Assembly: GCA_951406725.2 (NCBI GenBank)
Contig: OX597815.1
Span: forward strand, 72,788,001 to 72,852,000
Length of the DNA: 64,000 nucleotides
Direction: 5' to 3'
Origin: Octopus vulgaris
Taxonomy: Eukaryota
Position numbers and translations under genes: made by a program. The notes below the pieces were generated by a model. That model had not been told where the DNA came from. It ran no database searches and saw only the letters and a list, made by a program, of their open reading frames with translations. Of the stretch, positions 21,201 to 36,579 are shown piece after piece; position 1 is the stretch's first letter, and every line of letters begins with the position of its first letter.

Positions 21201-23989
21201 AGAGTTTCAAGCTACATGTATTGTAGAAACACTGCTAGAGTAAGAATTGTCTTGACAAGACTGCAAGGATAGCTTGTCACATTCAAGACAATAAAAAGTA
21301 GGTTGGGATATGGTGAAAAATATATATTAAAAAAATGTGAATGAATTTAGAGAGTTAAAAGTTGATGGGAGATAGAAAGAAAAAAACGTACATGATTCCG
21401 TCTTTATAATGAATGGAACAAACATTCTAACAAGTTAGAAACACTCAAGTGATAAGGAGCAACAAGTATTATGACAGGACAGGCAAACTTCAAAACTATG
21501 CAAAGAAAGTGCGTCTGTGTGTATAAGTGTACGTATAAATGTGCATACATATCTCTCTCTCATATATATATATATATAATCAGTTATAAAGGCCATATCA
21601 TCTAGAATAAAATATAGAGATACAAGTTGCAATATGGTGCAGCTATCCTCTTCTCGACACATTTTCTTTGTAATCAGCACAAGTTAAGAAGATGGTTTCG
21701 CATAAGTGAATCAGAGCAATGTTCTAAAGCTCACTGCTGCTGCTCTCTCTCTCATTACCGACCACTTAACTGTCAGGCAAGAGTTGATATCTCTCTTATT
21801 TGGCAAACTAAAATGTGCATGGCCTAAGGACTTGAATCTTTATGTTGATGTTTAAATTTCTGAAAGAAATATTTACTAAGTGAAATGTCAGAGAAGCAGC
21901 TTTACAAAATAACAGACTTTCAAAAGTTTTTTTTTTCTTTAGTAGAATTTAATAAGAGATTGCAACACAGAAGGAAACATAGGTGAGTAATGAGATGGCT
22001 TTATGGCTTTTAAAACTTTGTTTTAAAGGTTTCAGGCAACGAACAGACACAATGAAGATACATTTCAATGATAAACCAAAGATTCCAACCTAGTAGAAAG
22101 AAGAGGGCCCACCATGTTAACAACATGGTTCTGGTTCAAAAGAGGCACCAGGCCAAAATGAAAGCAATATTCAATGTAAGATCCTAGCACACTGGGTAAA
22201 ATACTTAGCAGCATTTCACTTAGGTTGACTCTTTCATCCTTTTGGGCTCAATGTTATCAACTTAACACCCACCCCAAAACTGCTGGCCCTGTGCCAAAAT
22301 CTGAAATCAATATAAGACCGAATGGTGGTCTTATAGGAAAACAAGAATAAGAAATCCAGTGCAGCTACGGCAGTCTAAGAATGTCTGAAAGGAAAGGTCC
22401 TTGTAATAATATGAGAAAGAAAATACAGCACAACATAAGCAAGGTAAAAATGTTAAAATTTACTAATGAATATAGGTCTGTTAATAAAGAAATTAGGTCT
22501 TTTACGAGATATGATTGAAAATATGATAGGTACAGGCATAGCTGTGTTTAAGAAAGTCTCTTCTTAAATATATGGTTTTGGGTTCAGACCCACTGCATGA
22601 CACCTTGGACAAGGGTCTTCTACTATAGTCCTAGGCTGACCAAAGCCTTGTAAGTGAAATTGGTATACGGAAACTGAAAGAAGTTCATCATGTGCATGCA
22701 TGCATGTCTTGACATTGCTGTCATACAAGCAATGTTGCTCATTTCCAGTCTTACATGAAAAAGATGTCTGGCCATAGGGAAATATTACCTTGCTTGGAAA
22801 CAAGGATTGGCAACAGGAACAGTATCCAACCATACAAAATCTGCCTCAACAAATTCAGTCTCACCCAAGAAAGAATGGAAAAGTAGATAATGATGATGGT
22901 GTATGTGTATGTACACACAAGGGCAGATTTGATTGTTTATATTTGCACTTCTCTTAAAATCACTGAGCTACAAACGGAGACATGTTACCATTTGCCATCA
23001 AAGAAATCATTCACTGGCGACGTGCTTTTGAAGACAGGTAGAATAAAAGATCTCTTTGAAAGTAAGGAAAGGGTTAGTGATATGATGGGCATCCAGCCGT
23101 AAACAAATGTATTTATGTAACCCATAATGGCATGGAAAAACACGTGAAACCAAACAAATGAACAAAAAGAATGAAATTATAAAGATAGATTCTTTCAGTT
23201 ACTATAAAAAAACATATTTAAAAAAAATTGAAATAGACTTGAAGGATGTACACATCTTTTGCGAGCTTTTGCAAAGAAAAAGAAAAAAATAAAGGGTTGA
23301 AAAGTTTGTGTAATAGTTAGGTACAAAGTTATTAATTTGCATTAGAAGCTGCTGTGAGTGAGATTAAAGAAAGACATCTAACAAAATAACAGGCATATTT
23401 AAAATTTCTAGTGAATAGGATGTTGCGATTTGTAACATCAAAGGGAAATGGAAATTTGTGTTTGCTTGAAATAAATGAATGAGATTGTAAGTAGAAATAG
23501 GGAGGAAAATTAACAAGTTAGCAATATAGTGCAAAGATGTGGATGTGAAGTAAAGAAGCTTGCTTCCCAACCATGTGACATTGGGTTCAGTCCCACAGCA
23601 CAGCACCTTGGGCAAGTGTCTTCTATTATAGCCCCAAGTTGACCAAAGCCATGCAAGTGGATTTTGTCAGCAGAAACTGAAAGAAGCTCATATATAATTT
23701 GTAAATGTGTGCATGGGTTTCTGTTTGTGTGTGGGTTTGTGTGAGTGTGTGCACGTACCTTTGTCTTGACATCATGCGATAATTGTAAATGAACATCACC
23801 AATATATAAGTGATGCTGTTTGTTTCCAATTTTCCATGTAAAACAAAGTCTAGCTATGGAGGAGATATTATCTTTCTTGAAACAGATGAGACTTGGCAAC
23901 AGAAAGGGCATCTGGCCATAGAAAATCTTGCCTGATTCATGCAAGGATGGAAAAGTGGACATTAAAACAATAATGATGGTGAACTGAGA

Positions 23990-24180
23990 GAGAAACGAGG
24001 TATAAGAGGAACTGGAGGTAGTGTGAAAGAGAGAAGATTACAATGATGTGGGAATGTAATACAAATGAAGGATGACAACTGGATAAAGATGTGTGGGGTA
24101 CTCAGACAGATCCTGTGGAAGAGGCAGATCTAGAAAGTCATGAGATGAAGTGGTGAATAAGGCTCTAACGATGCAATGAG
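23990..24180 (+). mobile_element. RTE LINE C-terminal fragment
   Basis: Translates ERRLQ*CGNVIQMKDDNWIK...SCGRGRSRKS*DEVVNK (RTE RRLRW.GHV.RM...RGRPRKTW.EVV). Confidence 0.7.
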
Positions 24181-24204
24181 CAGTGACATACTATAGTAAT
24201 GATG

Positions 24205-24810
24205 ATCCTTTCTACTAAAGGCATAAGGTCTGAAATTTTGTGGGAGGAGACTAATCAATTATATCAACCCCAGTGTTTCACTGGTACTTAATGTTATCAA
24301 CCCAAAAACGATGCAAGGCAGAGTCGACCTCAATAGAATTTGAAGCCAGAACATGAAGGCAAAATACTGCTAAGCATTTTGCCTGGTGTGCTAATGATTC
24401 TGCCAACTTGCCACCTTATAATAATAATAATAATAATAATCCTTTCTATTATAGGTATAAGGCCTGAAATTTTGGAGGAGGGGACTTGTTGATTACATCA
24501 ATCCCAGTGTTTCACTGGTACTTAATATTACCGACCCTGAAAGGATGAAAGACAAAGGTGAACTGCACTGTATTTGAACCCAGAATGTAAAGAGTCAGGA
24601 GAAATACTGGTGAGCATCTTCTCTCACACACTGATAATTCTGCCAGCTTGCCAGTAATTCAAGTTGATTACATTGATATCCCACACAGGACTTAAACTGG
24701 TCCTTATTTTATTGACCCCCAAAAGAGATGATAGGCATTAAAAAAAAAAAAAAAAAATTTTAAACCTCAGTGGAATTTGAACTCAGAATATAAGGAGTCA
24801 GAAGAAAATA
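24205..24810 (-). mobile_element. head-to-tail array of three family-A SINEs
   Basis: Copies at ~24205-24417, 24438-24655 and 24660-24805; (AAT)n separates the first two. Confidence 0.82.
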
Positions 24811-27800
24811 ACAATAACAACAACAAAAAAGAGGGATGTGGTTCAAGAAGATTTTAAAAATGAAACTTCTAATGAATTTCTAATTTGAAGGCATAGGGTT
24901 TACACACTAGAAAGATTTTAAAATAAAATTTCTTTACACACACACACACACACAGAGATATATGAACAAAATAAGAACTAAAAACAACAATTTGAGAAAT
25001 TTACATTTTATGCTAGGTGATATTTTTCTTACACACACAACTATATATATATATATATATATATATGTAGACTTTATTTGAACCAGATGGAAAATGAAAC
25101 TTATCTTCAACTTAAAATGAGGTTGTTGATGTTAAATTATCTCCCTTTATTCTAAGCTATCAATTTCTTTGCTTAGGAAAAAAAATCATTTGAAAACAAC
25201 ACAGAGAACATGATTAAAACAATTTCATATACTGGACTTTTCAAACTAGCACAAACCAGGTTTAGTTATGAAAATTTGTATTGTTACACAATATATTTTT
25301 TACATAGCAGGATTTCGCTATAAAAAAGCAATCACTGAGCCATTAAATAAGATTGGCGCCTGTCTTTAAAATTTGAATGAAAAGCCTAGTTATTTATTTA
25401 TGTTCATTTTCCTTTTTATTCAGCCTATTAGCAACAGTTGTAATATTCTGAAGCAATTTTCATGTCATTAAACAATTGAAGGATACGATCCCTACTCACC
25501 TGCCACCCATATTGTACACAGGATTTGGGTGAGGTACAAAAAGTAGTAAAACAGTGACTCGCACACCATGTTTTCTCTACTACTCATCACCATCATATAA
25601 CATCCATGTTCCATGCTGGCTGGCATGGGTCAAATGGTACGATAGGATCTGATCACTGAAATGGCTCTATTGTGCTCCAGTGTCTGCTTTAGCATGGTTT
25701 CTATGGCTGCATGCCCTTCCTGATGTTGCTGGCTACTTTACAGCATGTACTGGGTGCTTCCTTTTCAATGCCACCAGCACTACAAAGTTTACATATACAG
25801 GTTGCAAAACTACAAACCCTGAGGTGGGGAGCAGCTTCTATACTAGATGAAGGTTAAAATTATGTGAAAAGGGGGCCAGAGCAGAACAAGTTTCTGAAGA
25901 GAAACATGACTGACAAAAAGACATTCAGTAATCTTATTAACCCATGGACATTCAGATTGCTCTATCAAATGTAATGCTTATTTTATTCACATGGTTTTCA
26001 ACTAATCATGCATTATTTCGTAGCTCCAATATTCTGATGTTGTGATTGGTTATTGTGAGAATGACAATATAGGGTAAGTGTGAGAGACCACATCTGGCCA
26101 GTTTGAACATAAAAAAAACAGGCAGAATAACACATACATACACACATATGACTGGATTAAATGCTAAAAGGTAAAAGCATTCAACAGTGAAAAGTGGTGT
26201 AGAATTCACCTGGCTGTTAATAAAGACTGATCATAATTTAGCTCTCTGCTGTACACAGAAAAAGAGGGCAGTATTAGATTGCACAGTGCTATGTTTTGAT
26301 GCTGTAACGGAGTTAGGAAAAGAAATGGCAAAACTATGTCACAGTATTTATCCCTGCCTCAAATAACTACACAGATGAACTCTTCAAAAAATACCCACCA
26401 TATTAAGCCTTTCTGTCTATATACACACACACAAACACACATATTCAATGTTCTTTAATAGCATCTTTGCTGAAATGTAATTAACCATGCAGTTAACTCT
26501 TAATATAGTCTTTTTGTAAACTCATCTGTTAAGATGGGAAAGAGGTGGGGAAACAGTAATTCAGGAGTCTATAAATTGGTTCTTTAAGCAGAAGTTGGCT
26601 GTGTGTTTCCATCATTCAGTAACCCTCTGTACCCTTATCAAGTCTAACAGTATCAAATGGCCAATAAAAAATGTAACAAAATAAAATGAGGGAGAGAGAG
26701 AGAGGATGGATTCCATTCCTGACCCCACAAGCCGAATGTCAGCTGTGCTGTATACCATCATATTTAGATGGAATTAATTCAAATTTAATTCTAATGTAAA
26801 TAATAATAATAACAACAATGATGATAATAATAAAAGGAAAACAAACCAAATATCCTATGCAAACATCTAATTATAAAGAGTAAAAAACCTAAAATACCGA
26901 AGTGGATGAAAAAAAATCTAGCCACTTTAAAAACACATACAGAGACACAACACACACACACACAAGATAAAACTTAATCCAAGTTTATCCTACCAGCCCA
27001 TTTCAACTGTCTGCTAGCAATAAAGATAAGAAACATATAAAACCTACAGAATTTCCTTGGGACCCCCCCCCCCGGAGAAAAAGAAAGACCCCCTCCTCCG
27101 CCAAACCAAAAACAATTTTGTAGTTGGTTATTAATAAAATGGAGAGCTTCAAGGAAAGAAAACAAAAATAGGTTACTGGAGGAAGGAAGAGGATCTTAGC
27201 GAATGTATATATTTAGATCCAAACAAAACCAAGAGACAGGAAATTTCAAATGACACTCTCTGCAGCATACATTCTTTGAAAGCCTGATCCTACCAATGGT
27301 TAGAACTAATTACAGACTTGGTATCATGATCATTATTATAATAATTAGAAGAACAAAGACAAAGGAAAAGTCAAGACATTAATACCTGTCCTTTTGGTGC
27401 CAAGACATATTTGTATATCATGGAGAAGTAGCTAGAAAGAAGACCGGGGTGGTGATGACAAGGTGCCAGAGTAAATTCTCAAGGTACAAGGTGAGTGACA
27501 GAGACAGTGGATCAAGGAGGGGGGGAGAGATGGGGAACTTCATATGTTTGAGAATATTTGGGCCAGATTGAATGCTAGAGGGTTGCAGAACCAAACTTTT
27601 GGCTCATCTCTAACCATCTGATATTCTCTGCTTTATGTTAAAAGTGACCACATCCAATGTCATTCTAAATATGCAAACACACCATTGAAATCTTGAAAGT
27701 ACAAGATTATGTGTAAGTAATTCTAAATGATGTGAATAAATAGGCAATACATTTGACAAAGAAATCTGAATGTTAAAGGGTTCAGCTAAAGTCAGCAGTG

Positions 27801-30800
27801 CCTTTCCATCATTTATTGAACTTTTCCGTCCTTTATCAGAGCTAACACAGCTATCAAGTAGAAAAAGAGATTCTATTCATGACCTACAAACAGAATGTCA
27901 ACTGTTCTGTGTAATATATAAACAGAATAAAGTAAGGAAATACTAGATTGGACTTTATTATGATTTAATTAATTAGATTACAAACTGACTTTTCCGTTAG
28001 CGATAATTATGCTTGCAGGAAACTTGATAAATAAATAAAAAAGTTTCATTATACAATATCATCAGCATCGTCTCACATCCGTGCTCCATGGGCTGGATGG
28101 TTTGACAGGATCCAACTAGCCTGAGGGGTCGGACAGTTTGACAGGAGCTGGCAAGGCTTTGATAAGGTTTCTACAGCTGGATGCCCTTCCTAACATCAGC
28201 CACTTTAGAGTGTACTGGGTACTTTTTTTTTATGTGGCACCAGCACTAGTGGTTATAAGACATATTAAACTAGGTAAGCTAAAGCAATGTTCTGAAACCT
28301 TGAAATGTGTGTCACTGTAATGATGAAAACAAGAAAACCGATGAGAAAAGCTATTATAATGTAAGGTAAGAATTTGGCTGTATGGTAAGAAACTTACTTC
28401 CTAACCACATGGTTCCAGATTCAGTCCCACTGCTATAGCCTTGAACCAACCAAAGTCTTGTAAGTGGATTTGGTAGACAGAAACTGAAAGAAGCCCATTG
28501 CATATGTGCGTGCGTGTATCTTTGTGTGTTTGTGGGCATGTTTATGTCCCTGTAACATAGCAGTTTGACAAAAAGACTGATAGAATAAGTACTAGGCTTA
28601 CAAAGAAAAAGCCCTGGGGTCAATTTCTTCAACAAAAAATCCTTTAAAAGGCAGTGCTCCAGCATGGCCACAGTCAGATGACAAGAAAAAGTGGGGTAAA
28701 ATATCACAATATTAACATCTTAAATGGTTTCAGTTTTAGTTAATATCTTGTTCAAGACAGGAAGAAGAACCTGTAAAACCTAAAACCAGATCGTTGAATC
28801 AAGAGGATATGAAGAGAGACACTTCATGTTAATGACATTAAGAACTTTAGAATAGAAGAAAATATGCAGAATATATTTCTGTTCAGAGAAGAAAAAAATA
28901 TGGAAGAACTCAGATGTGAGAATCTGGAAGTTTTGGTAACCTGACAGTACTGGTTATTATTACAGCAACTCATGACCCTACATTTCTATATTTTATCTTT
29001 TACTTAGACTGCGACCATGCTGGGGCACCACTTACAAGGGTTTAGTCAAATCAATCCCAGTACTTATTTTTTCAAACCTGGAATTATTTTTATCAGTCTC
29101 TTTTGCCAAACTACTATATGAGGACATAAACAAACCAACATCTGGTTGTCAAGGAGTGAGAGACAAACATTTCTTCTCTCCTCTCTCTTTTCAAACTGGG
29201 TTGGCCTTGTCTCTTCTACAGTAGGATACCTATTTGTCTCTCTATCATACTTGAACCTCTCATAATCTGGCATATAGCCACATTCCTGAATACCACTCAG
29301 TGAAGGGTGGGGGGGTCCCCATCTTTCAAGCTACTTGGTGACATCACTGGTACAAGTGCACAAAAATAGCATTGAATATATATTGTTAAATGGCTGACAT
29401 TACAAAGAGCATCCATCAGTAGAAACCATGCCAATGCAGATAATGGGATTCGGTGCAGTCCTCTGCCTCATCAGCTCCTGTCAAAAACTGTCCAACCCAT
29501 GCCAGCATGGAAAAAAAGGCACTGAATAGTGGTGAAACAAGAGGCTTCCACACTGTTTTCATCTATCAAATTCATTCACAAGATATTGGTTGACCCAGGT
29601 CTGTAGAAGACACTTGCCCAAGGAGCAAAACATACACACAAAGCAATAAGGGCAGTGAGTTGAGGAGTTGATGAAGTACTCCCTCAGCCTTCATTTAAGG
29701 TACCCTTGCTTATAATAACACAACTCATGAAAATACTCTAAGAAAATGAATAGAGCAAACAGCACAGATTAGTTGCTATTCAAGAATTAGCTTCTATCCT
29801 TTAATCCCACTTTAAATAAAAAAGAAAAAAAGGAAAGAAAATTACAGTATGTAATGAAAACCTTAACAATGATCACCAAAGGATTTAAAAAAAAACTAAG
29901 GATAATTACACACAGTATATGCAAACAGATTCTTAACTATTCTTTGCTGTACACAGAGAAAGGATTGTTGAGCCCCACTTGAAACTAGTTTCCTTAAACC
30001 AGCCATCACACCCTTGCTAATGGGTTTCCTTTCAACTACCTCTATCCCAGGTACTAACACCAATCCCCAACACCTGTTCACTTCATTAATTTTAGTGCTC
30101 ATTTCTCCTTTACCCCCCACCATCAACAACAACAACATCAGAGGCAGTTCTACCCCCCCCCCCCATATTCAAACACTCATGTTTACTTTCACTAGCCAAC
30201 TCTTGCTGCTATACAGCATTACATTTCTAACATCTCTACTTCACACAAACAGCCCTTTGTGTACAAAGAAAAACTTCAGCAGGCAAGATGAGTAAATATA
30301 TACATACATAAACACACACATATGCACATATACTTAAACATATGCATACACAGACATACTTAATATGCATATGTGTGTGTGTGTATCACATAGGTATGTA
30401 TATAAAGAAAAAATTCTCTTTGAACCTCTTTTCTCTTCTCAGAAAGTAACCCAAATCTGTTTACCTGCAAGTAATTTCTTGTGACATTAATCAAAGAATC
30501 CACCAAGATAAACAGATTAAAAAAAAAAAGAAGAAAAATTTCTATTTTCCTCCTCCCGCCAAATCTCTAAAATCCAACATTAATTAGAGGCTTAATTAAA
30601 ATAAACTTGAGATAAAACTCTTATCTATCATCTTTAACATATTTCTTTAGCTTTTGCTGCCTTTAATCTAAACTTAGTTTCAATTATCTAAGCATGTGAA
30701 GATTGCCAATTACAAACCCACCTCTTACACAGAAACAAAATCCCCAACAATCACTGAATTCTATTACAAAAAAAAACTTAGAAGCCTCAATGTTATCACT

Positions 30801-33800
30801 CAACTTGCTGAAAATAGTAGCTAAATTCCCTTCATATCACACCCTATGGACATCTTATATTATTACTGAAAATAAGATTAGGTGGTAATAGGCAGAAGGG
30901 CTGCGATCATTGGGTCACAGGTATGGCTCTTGGTCTAAGAGGTTGCTTTGCACTCTATTGTTCCAAGGTTCAATCCTGCAACATATTTGGTAAGTGCCTC
31001 CTATGAGAACCTCAGGATGACTTAATTTGTGAGTGGAATATGCAGATGAAAATTGTATAGAAACCCATCATTATGCACAAACAGATATCTTTTGCTTTGT
31101 CTTTATTTTCTCTACCATAGCATGGGTTAGATGAATACACATATTAAAGGCGTATTTTACAGCCAGATGCCCTTACTGTTGCTAACCCATACCTGTTTAA
31201 CAAGGGACTTTTCAATCCACTTGTTTTTAAAGAGCAAAGCAAAACAGAATACAAATGTTTACAGACAACACAGACTATATATGTACGTGTATGAGAGAGA
31301 AAGAGACATACACATTTATATACATGCATAAAAACTTCCCTTCTGAAGTGCAGTGATTCACCTATAGCATATCACTAATTAATGATGCTCTATTATTCTC
31401 ACCTTGATTATATATCATTATTATAATCATTCAACATCCAGTTTCCATGTGGGAATGGGTTGGACTATATATATATATATATATATATACATAAAATTGT
31501 CTGCTTAGTCATGGTTGATTGTGGGCTGAACAATAACTGCACTATGTAGGAAGTAGACTACAGAAAACCCTTTGGTTCAGTCTTGCTGAGGACAAGATAA
31601 CCACTCTAGTGCAGGTGCCATGATAAAGGGCATCCATTACCCTCCATAAATTGGCTTGCAATAGGAAACTGAAGCAGTTAAGTGGCAAAAGGCAGAAGAC
31701 AATATAATTCATGCAGTCTTACTAGTTCACAGCTTGACTACAGACAGTAACATTGCTGTTTGCAGTTCATTTACGAATGATGATGTTATCATTTGTGGTT
31801 GGGCAGCAACCAGTGATTGTTGGCATTTCGTTGTCAACAAGTCATCTGCTAGTTTTGCACTTTTGAAAAATCCCTTACTCAAGGGAAGAGAAAAAAGAAA
31901 GGCAAAGGGCAAAGGTTGATAACAAGAATTGCATTCGACTGTAAAATTCCTAATTCCAATTTCCTCTCATCTAAGCCATGCCAGCACGGAAAACAGATGT
32001 TAAACGAAGATTGCTCAATGGAGCTTTGGCTGAATGTTGCTTGCTAACCAAAGGGATTAAAAGGGAATCAGGTACTAGAAGGGTGAGTAGGAAAACAAAC
32101 ACAACAAGGTATGAAGTGGAAATACTTGCAATATGGTGGTGGGGGTGGGGAGAAGACACTTGACAGACTGTGCACTTGGTCGCACCAAGACCTAATGGTT
32201 CTAAAGCATGTGGGGTGTATGCGTTTACATTTGGTTAGTGCACTGAATGGTGTAGTGAGTGTCTATAGAAGCCTTCGTAGAGTGAAAAGATATAGGAATG
32301 GCAAGGGGTTGGTGGGGGTGAGGCGGAGGTGAAACATCAAGTGTGTAAATAGAGTGGAGAGGGAAGCAGATCAAGTTTCTTTTATTTTCACATTTTATCC
32401 TAACTCAAGCACAAACATAGGAAGTAGAAAAGGTATTTGAGAGAAAGAACTACCACATATATTGATCCATGGTGAAAGAGAGAGAAAGAGAGAAAGGAGG
32501 ACAATGCAGAAAGGAAGTAGCAAGAAAAGGTTTTGAGAGAAAAAGGAAAAAATGTAAGATATTGAGAGCAACAGGAATGGGGAGGAGGGGAATGAAAAAA
32601 AAAAGAGCTCAGGTGAGCTAAAAGCAAACAGAAATAGAACAAGAAGGAGAGAGTGGATTAGAAGAGGGGAAACGCAAGAATGAAGGGATGATAGAGAGAG
32701 AGAGAGAGAGAGAGAGAGCAAGAGAGAGAGAGAGAGAGAAAGTGGGAATGAAAAAGTGGTAATGTAGAAGAGGTGTGTGTGAATGAGTATTCTGAATATA
32801 CCTTGCCAGTGAAGGAAGCGCTATAGAAAGGCAGTAATCCCAAGGTGAAAGTTGGCTGGACAGTCCTATATAAGACTATTCACACACACATACAAATTTA
32901 TTTGCTTTTTTGTGTTGTTTTTATAAGTAAACAGAAGGGTCAGCAGCTTTAATGGTGAAAAGGTAAGAACTAAGGGCTCAGGTTTGGTAGCTTTACAGGT
33001 AGGGATTATTATGTCAACATGAAAAGGAACAATGGTGTGCTGGTAATGGCAGTGGCACAGTGAAAGGAAACTGATGGAAGTGTGCTCTCCTCCACCCTGC
33101 TGCTCCCAGAGTGAAAAATTAATCAATGAACGCCAGGTTTTTCAACATCTCTTTTCAATGAAGACCGCAACCCACTGATGCCACCACCACTCACAACCTT
33201 TTGTGCTGTTTAGTGCCAGTTCAGCCCCTATTAAAGTAAGTCACAAGATCAAACGCATTCCAGCCATGATCATCCATCTTTTGCTTTTCCTTTTTTTCAC
33301 ACTGTATTTAGAACTACATTTTCTTCCTTTCCTTGTTGCTGTTTAGCCCCAGGCTCATCATTATCAAGCAAATGTGCGATCAAAGGCTTTCTCACTATGA
33401 TCACCTTTGCCTTTGTTTCAGACACAAAGTTAACGGTGAATTGGCAGAGTCACTAGAACACAGGACAGAATACCTGGCAGCAGTATTTGCTTTAGATTTC
33501 TGCATTCTGAGTTCCAATCCAACCAAGGTCAACTTTGCCTTTCATCTTTTTTTTCGGGGGAGGGGGAGAGAGAAATAAAATGGGTCATCAAATTGGTGGA
33601 ATGGTAGAAACACCTTGTGGTATTTATTGCAGCTCTTTGCTTTCTGAGTTCTTGGATGGTAGACTTAATCCATCATCTTTAATACCACCATTCGATCCTT
33701 GGGTCCCCTTAGTAGAGAGTTCATTCCACAACAAATATTCAGACCAGGTCTTCGGTTTATGTTGGTTTAAAGGCAACTCCCTTCCTTCTTACTACTCACT

Positions 33801-34203
33801 TAAAAGACTGATAGGAAAATAAAGGGCAATAAGCACTGCCCTTAACTTCCTAAGCGGTTATATTATGTGTGTGTGTGAGTGTGTGCACGGTTAGGGTATT
33901 TGGTTCATACTCAAAGTTATGAGTGATAACTGGCAGTGCATCACTCCCTTCAGCAAGACACTATTTTTCACCTTACTCCAGTCTACTCCAGCTGGCAAAA
34001 GTGATTTGTACTTGTAATCCAAAGGGCCAGCCTTGTCACATTTTGTGTCACACAATCTCATTAAGCACTACATTAAAGATTACATGTGCCTGTAGAGTGT
34101 TTGGCCACTCGCACATTAATTTTACAAAGCTAACTTTTTTGATGACCAGATCAACTAGAACCTCCATCATCATAACCGACAGAGTGCCAATTATATATAT
34201 ACA

Positions 34204-34433
34204 CGGCAAGCTGGCAGAATCGTTAGCACGCTGGGCGAAATGCGTAGCTGTATTTCGTCTGCCGTTACGTTATGAGTTCAAATTCCGCTGAGGTCGACTT
34301 TGCCTTTCATCCTTTCGGGGTCGATAAATTAAGTACCAGTTACGCACTGGGGTCGATGTAATCGACTTAATCCGTTTATCTGTCCTTGTTTGTCCCCTCT
34401 ATGGTTAGCCCCTTGTGGGTAGTAAAAGAAATA
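34204..34433 (+). mobile_element. young family-A SINE with CpGs intact
   Basis: GGCAAGCTGGCAGAATCGTTAG A-box, GAGTTCAAATTCC B-box and the central GTCGACTTTGCCTTTCATCCTTTCGGGGTCGATAAATTAAGTACCAG. It is inserted in an (AT)/(AC) microsatellite. Confidence 0.9.
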
Positions 34434-35578
34434 AAATCATATATATACACACACACACACATATGTTAAATATACATTATAGGCTATGTAGTTAAAAACT
34501 TTGCATCCCAACCATGTAGTCTTAGGTTCAGTTTCACTGCATGGGTACCTTGAGCAAGTGTCTTCTGCTATAGTTGTAGTGTAACCAAAACTCTTTAATG
34601 GATTTGGTGGACAGAAAAAGAAAGCAACCTGTTAAACATGTATGAGTGCTATACATCTGAAGTTGTAAATTAACATCACCATCACATAAATGGCATTTGT
34701 TTCCAGTCTTCTGTGAAAAGCATGCCTGGCCATGGAGAAAATATTACCTTACTTGGAAACAGGTATGGGTTGATGATGGAAAGGGCATCTGGCTGTAGAA
34801 AACCTTAACAAATTCCATCTGATCCAGGCGAAATGGTGATGTGGTGTGTGAGTGTATGGACAAGTAATGATGACATTTTGTTTTGGATTAGTCAACGCCA
34901 AACTTGAACATCTGCAGGAAAAACACATACAGCTGAGGGGGTGGGGTTGCAACAAATAATCAAGGATCATGCAGTGGTGGTGGGGTGGTGATTATGAAGC
35001 AAGGTGGCATGGTAGAAAGGTTTCCTTTCCTCAAAGGGGGTCAGAAAGATTTTTATGTAGTTATCATCATCATTTTAATGTTCTATTTTCTATGCTCATA
35101 TAGGTGGGATTGAATCTGCCACAGCAGATTTTCTACATCCTGATGCCCTTTCTGTCACCAACCCTCAACTGTTTCCAAATAAAGTAATACTTCTCCAAGG
35201 CCAGACAGATTTTTCACAGATTTGGAAATGAAGGACACCGCTGTACGACAGTGACACTTGTTTACAGCTATCATGTGACATCAAGACAAGGAGACACCAT
35301 CTTTCTCTGCTACAAGCGCACACACACACACACACACACGATAAGCTTCTTTCAGTTTCTATCAACCAAATCCACTCACAAAGCACTGGCTGTCCCAGGG
35401 CAATAGTAGCAGACACTTGGCTAGGGTGCCATACAGTGAGACTGAACCCAGACCAAGTGCTTGAGAAGCAAACTTCTTAACCGCAGTCATGTCTACACCC
35501 ATTGATTCTCTTAATAATAGCAGATAAATAATCTCTGCTGTGACCAGAATCAAGACCACATGTTCATTTATTAAATTA

Positions 35579-35693
35579 CCGAACAACATGTTCCTACTCA
35601 GTGAGGTGGTTGTGGCTAGACTATCTATTCTATTTCATGCTGAAGTTTTAAACCAGACACACTGGACATTCAAAGAGTTGGACTTTTTATATT
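35579..35693 (+). repeat. left arm of a 115-bp near-perfect inverted duplication
   Basis: Reverse complement of 37253-37366 with 3 substitutions and 1 indel. The ORF track shows the same peptide PNNMFLL..EVLNQTHWTFKELDF on opposite strands. Confidence 0.95.
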
Positions 35694-36579
35694 TGGCCTG
35701 TGTGATTAATAGACAAGTTGTGTCATTATTCTTCACAATGTGAAGCTGACTGATGCTAACTCAACACAAACAGTAGGACAGAACATAAAACAAGCCAATA
35801 AGCAATGCTCAATATTAATATGGCAACTAAGCAGCAAGATAAAACAAGGGTGGATTAAGATAAATTAGAATATATATAATTGGTTTGGCTATATAGATAT
35901 CAAATCATATAATTTAGTAGATCGTTTCACCTGATGCAGAGGGGGGACTATGACTGCAGATGACACCAATTACAGAGAGACAGAAAGAGATAGAGAGATA
36001 AAGAGAAGAGAATATGGTTAAGTGAAAATGGCCGACTTCTAAGCAAAGATATCTAAAATTAACAATAATAATAATAAAAACAAAAAGCAAGAACATAAAT
36101 CAATGAATATAGGAGTGGTCAACTATTAAATGGAGACAAGAATCAATAGAGTTGTAACAAAGCAGCAGCAACAACGCTGAACTCACCAAACCACCACAAG
36201 TACCTTTAGTATGGCAGATAGTCACAAGACTGCTCTAGCAAACATGAACTGCCAAGGAAAGCTAAGATTAGAGAATATTCAACAAGCGCAACTTAAAACA
36301 ACAGTGCTCCCTTTCCTGGTCACTAACTGTAACTTTGTCTTGGTGAATCTAACAGTAGGACAAAAAAGGTACTGATTGCTCTCACTTTACAGCTGCTGAA
36401 GTGGTTGACAACAAGAAGGGCATCCAACTAAAACCTTTCTTTAACAATAGCTTGGAATATTTAATTTGGTTAGATGCAAGTGTGGCTGTGAGGTTAAAAA
36501 ATTTGTTTTGCAGCCATGTGACTTTAGGTTCAGTCTAATATGCAGCACTTTGGGTAAGTGTCTTTTAATAGCCCTAGAG

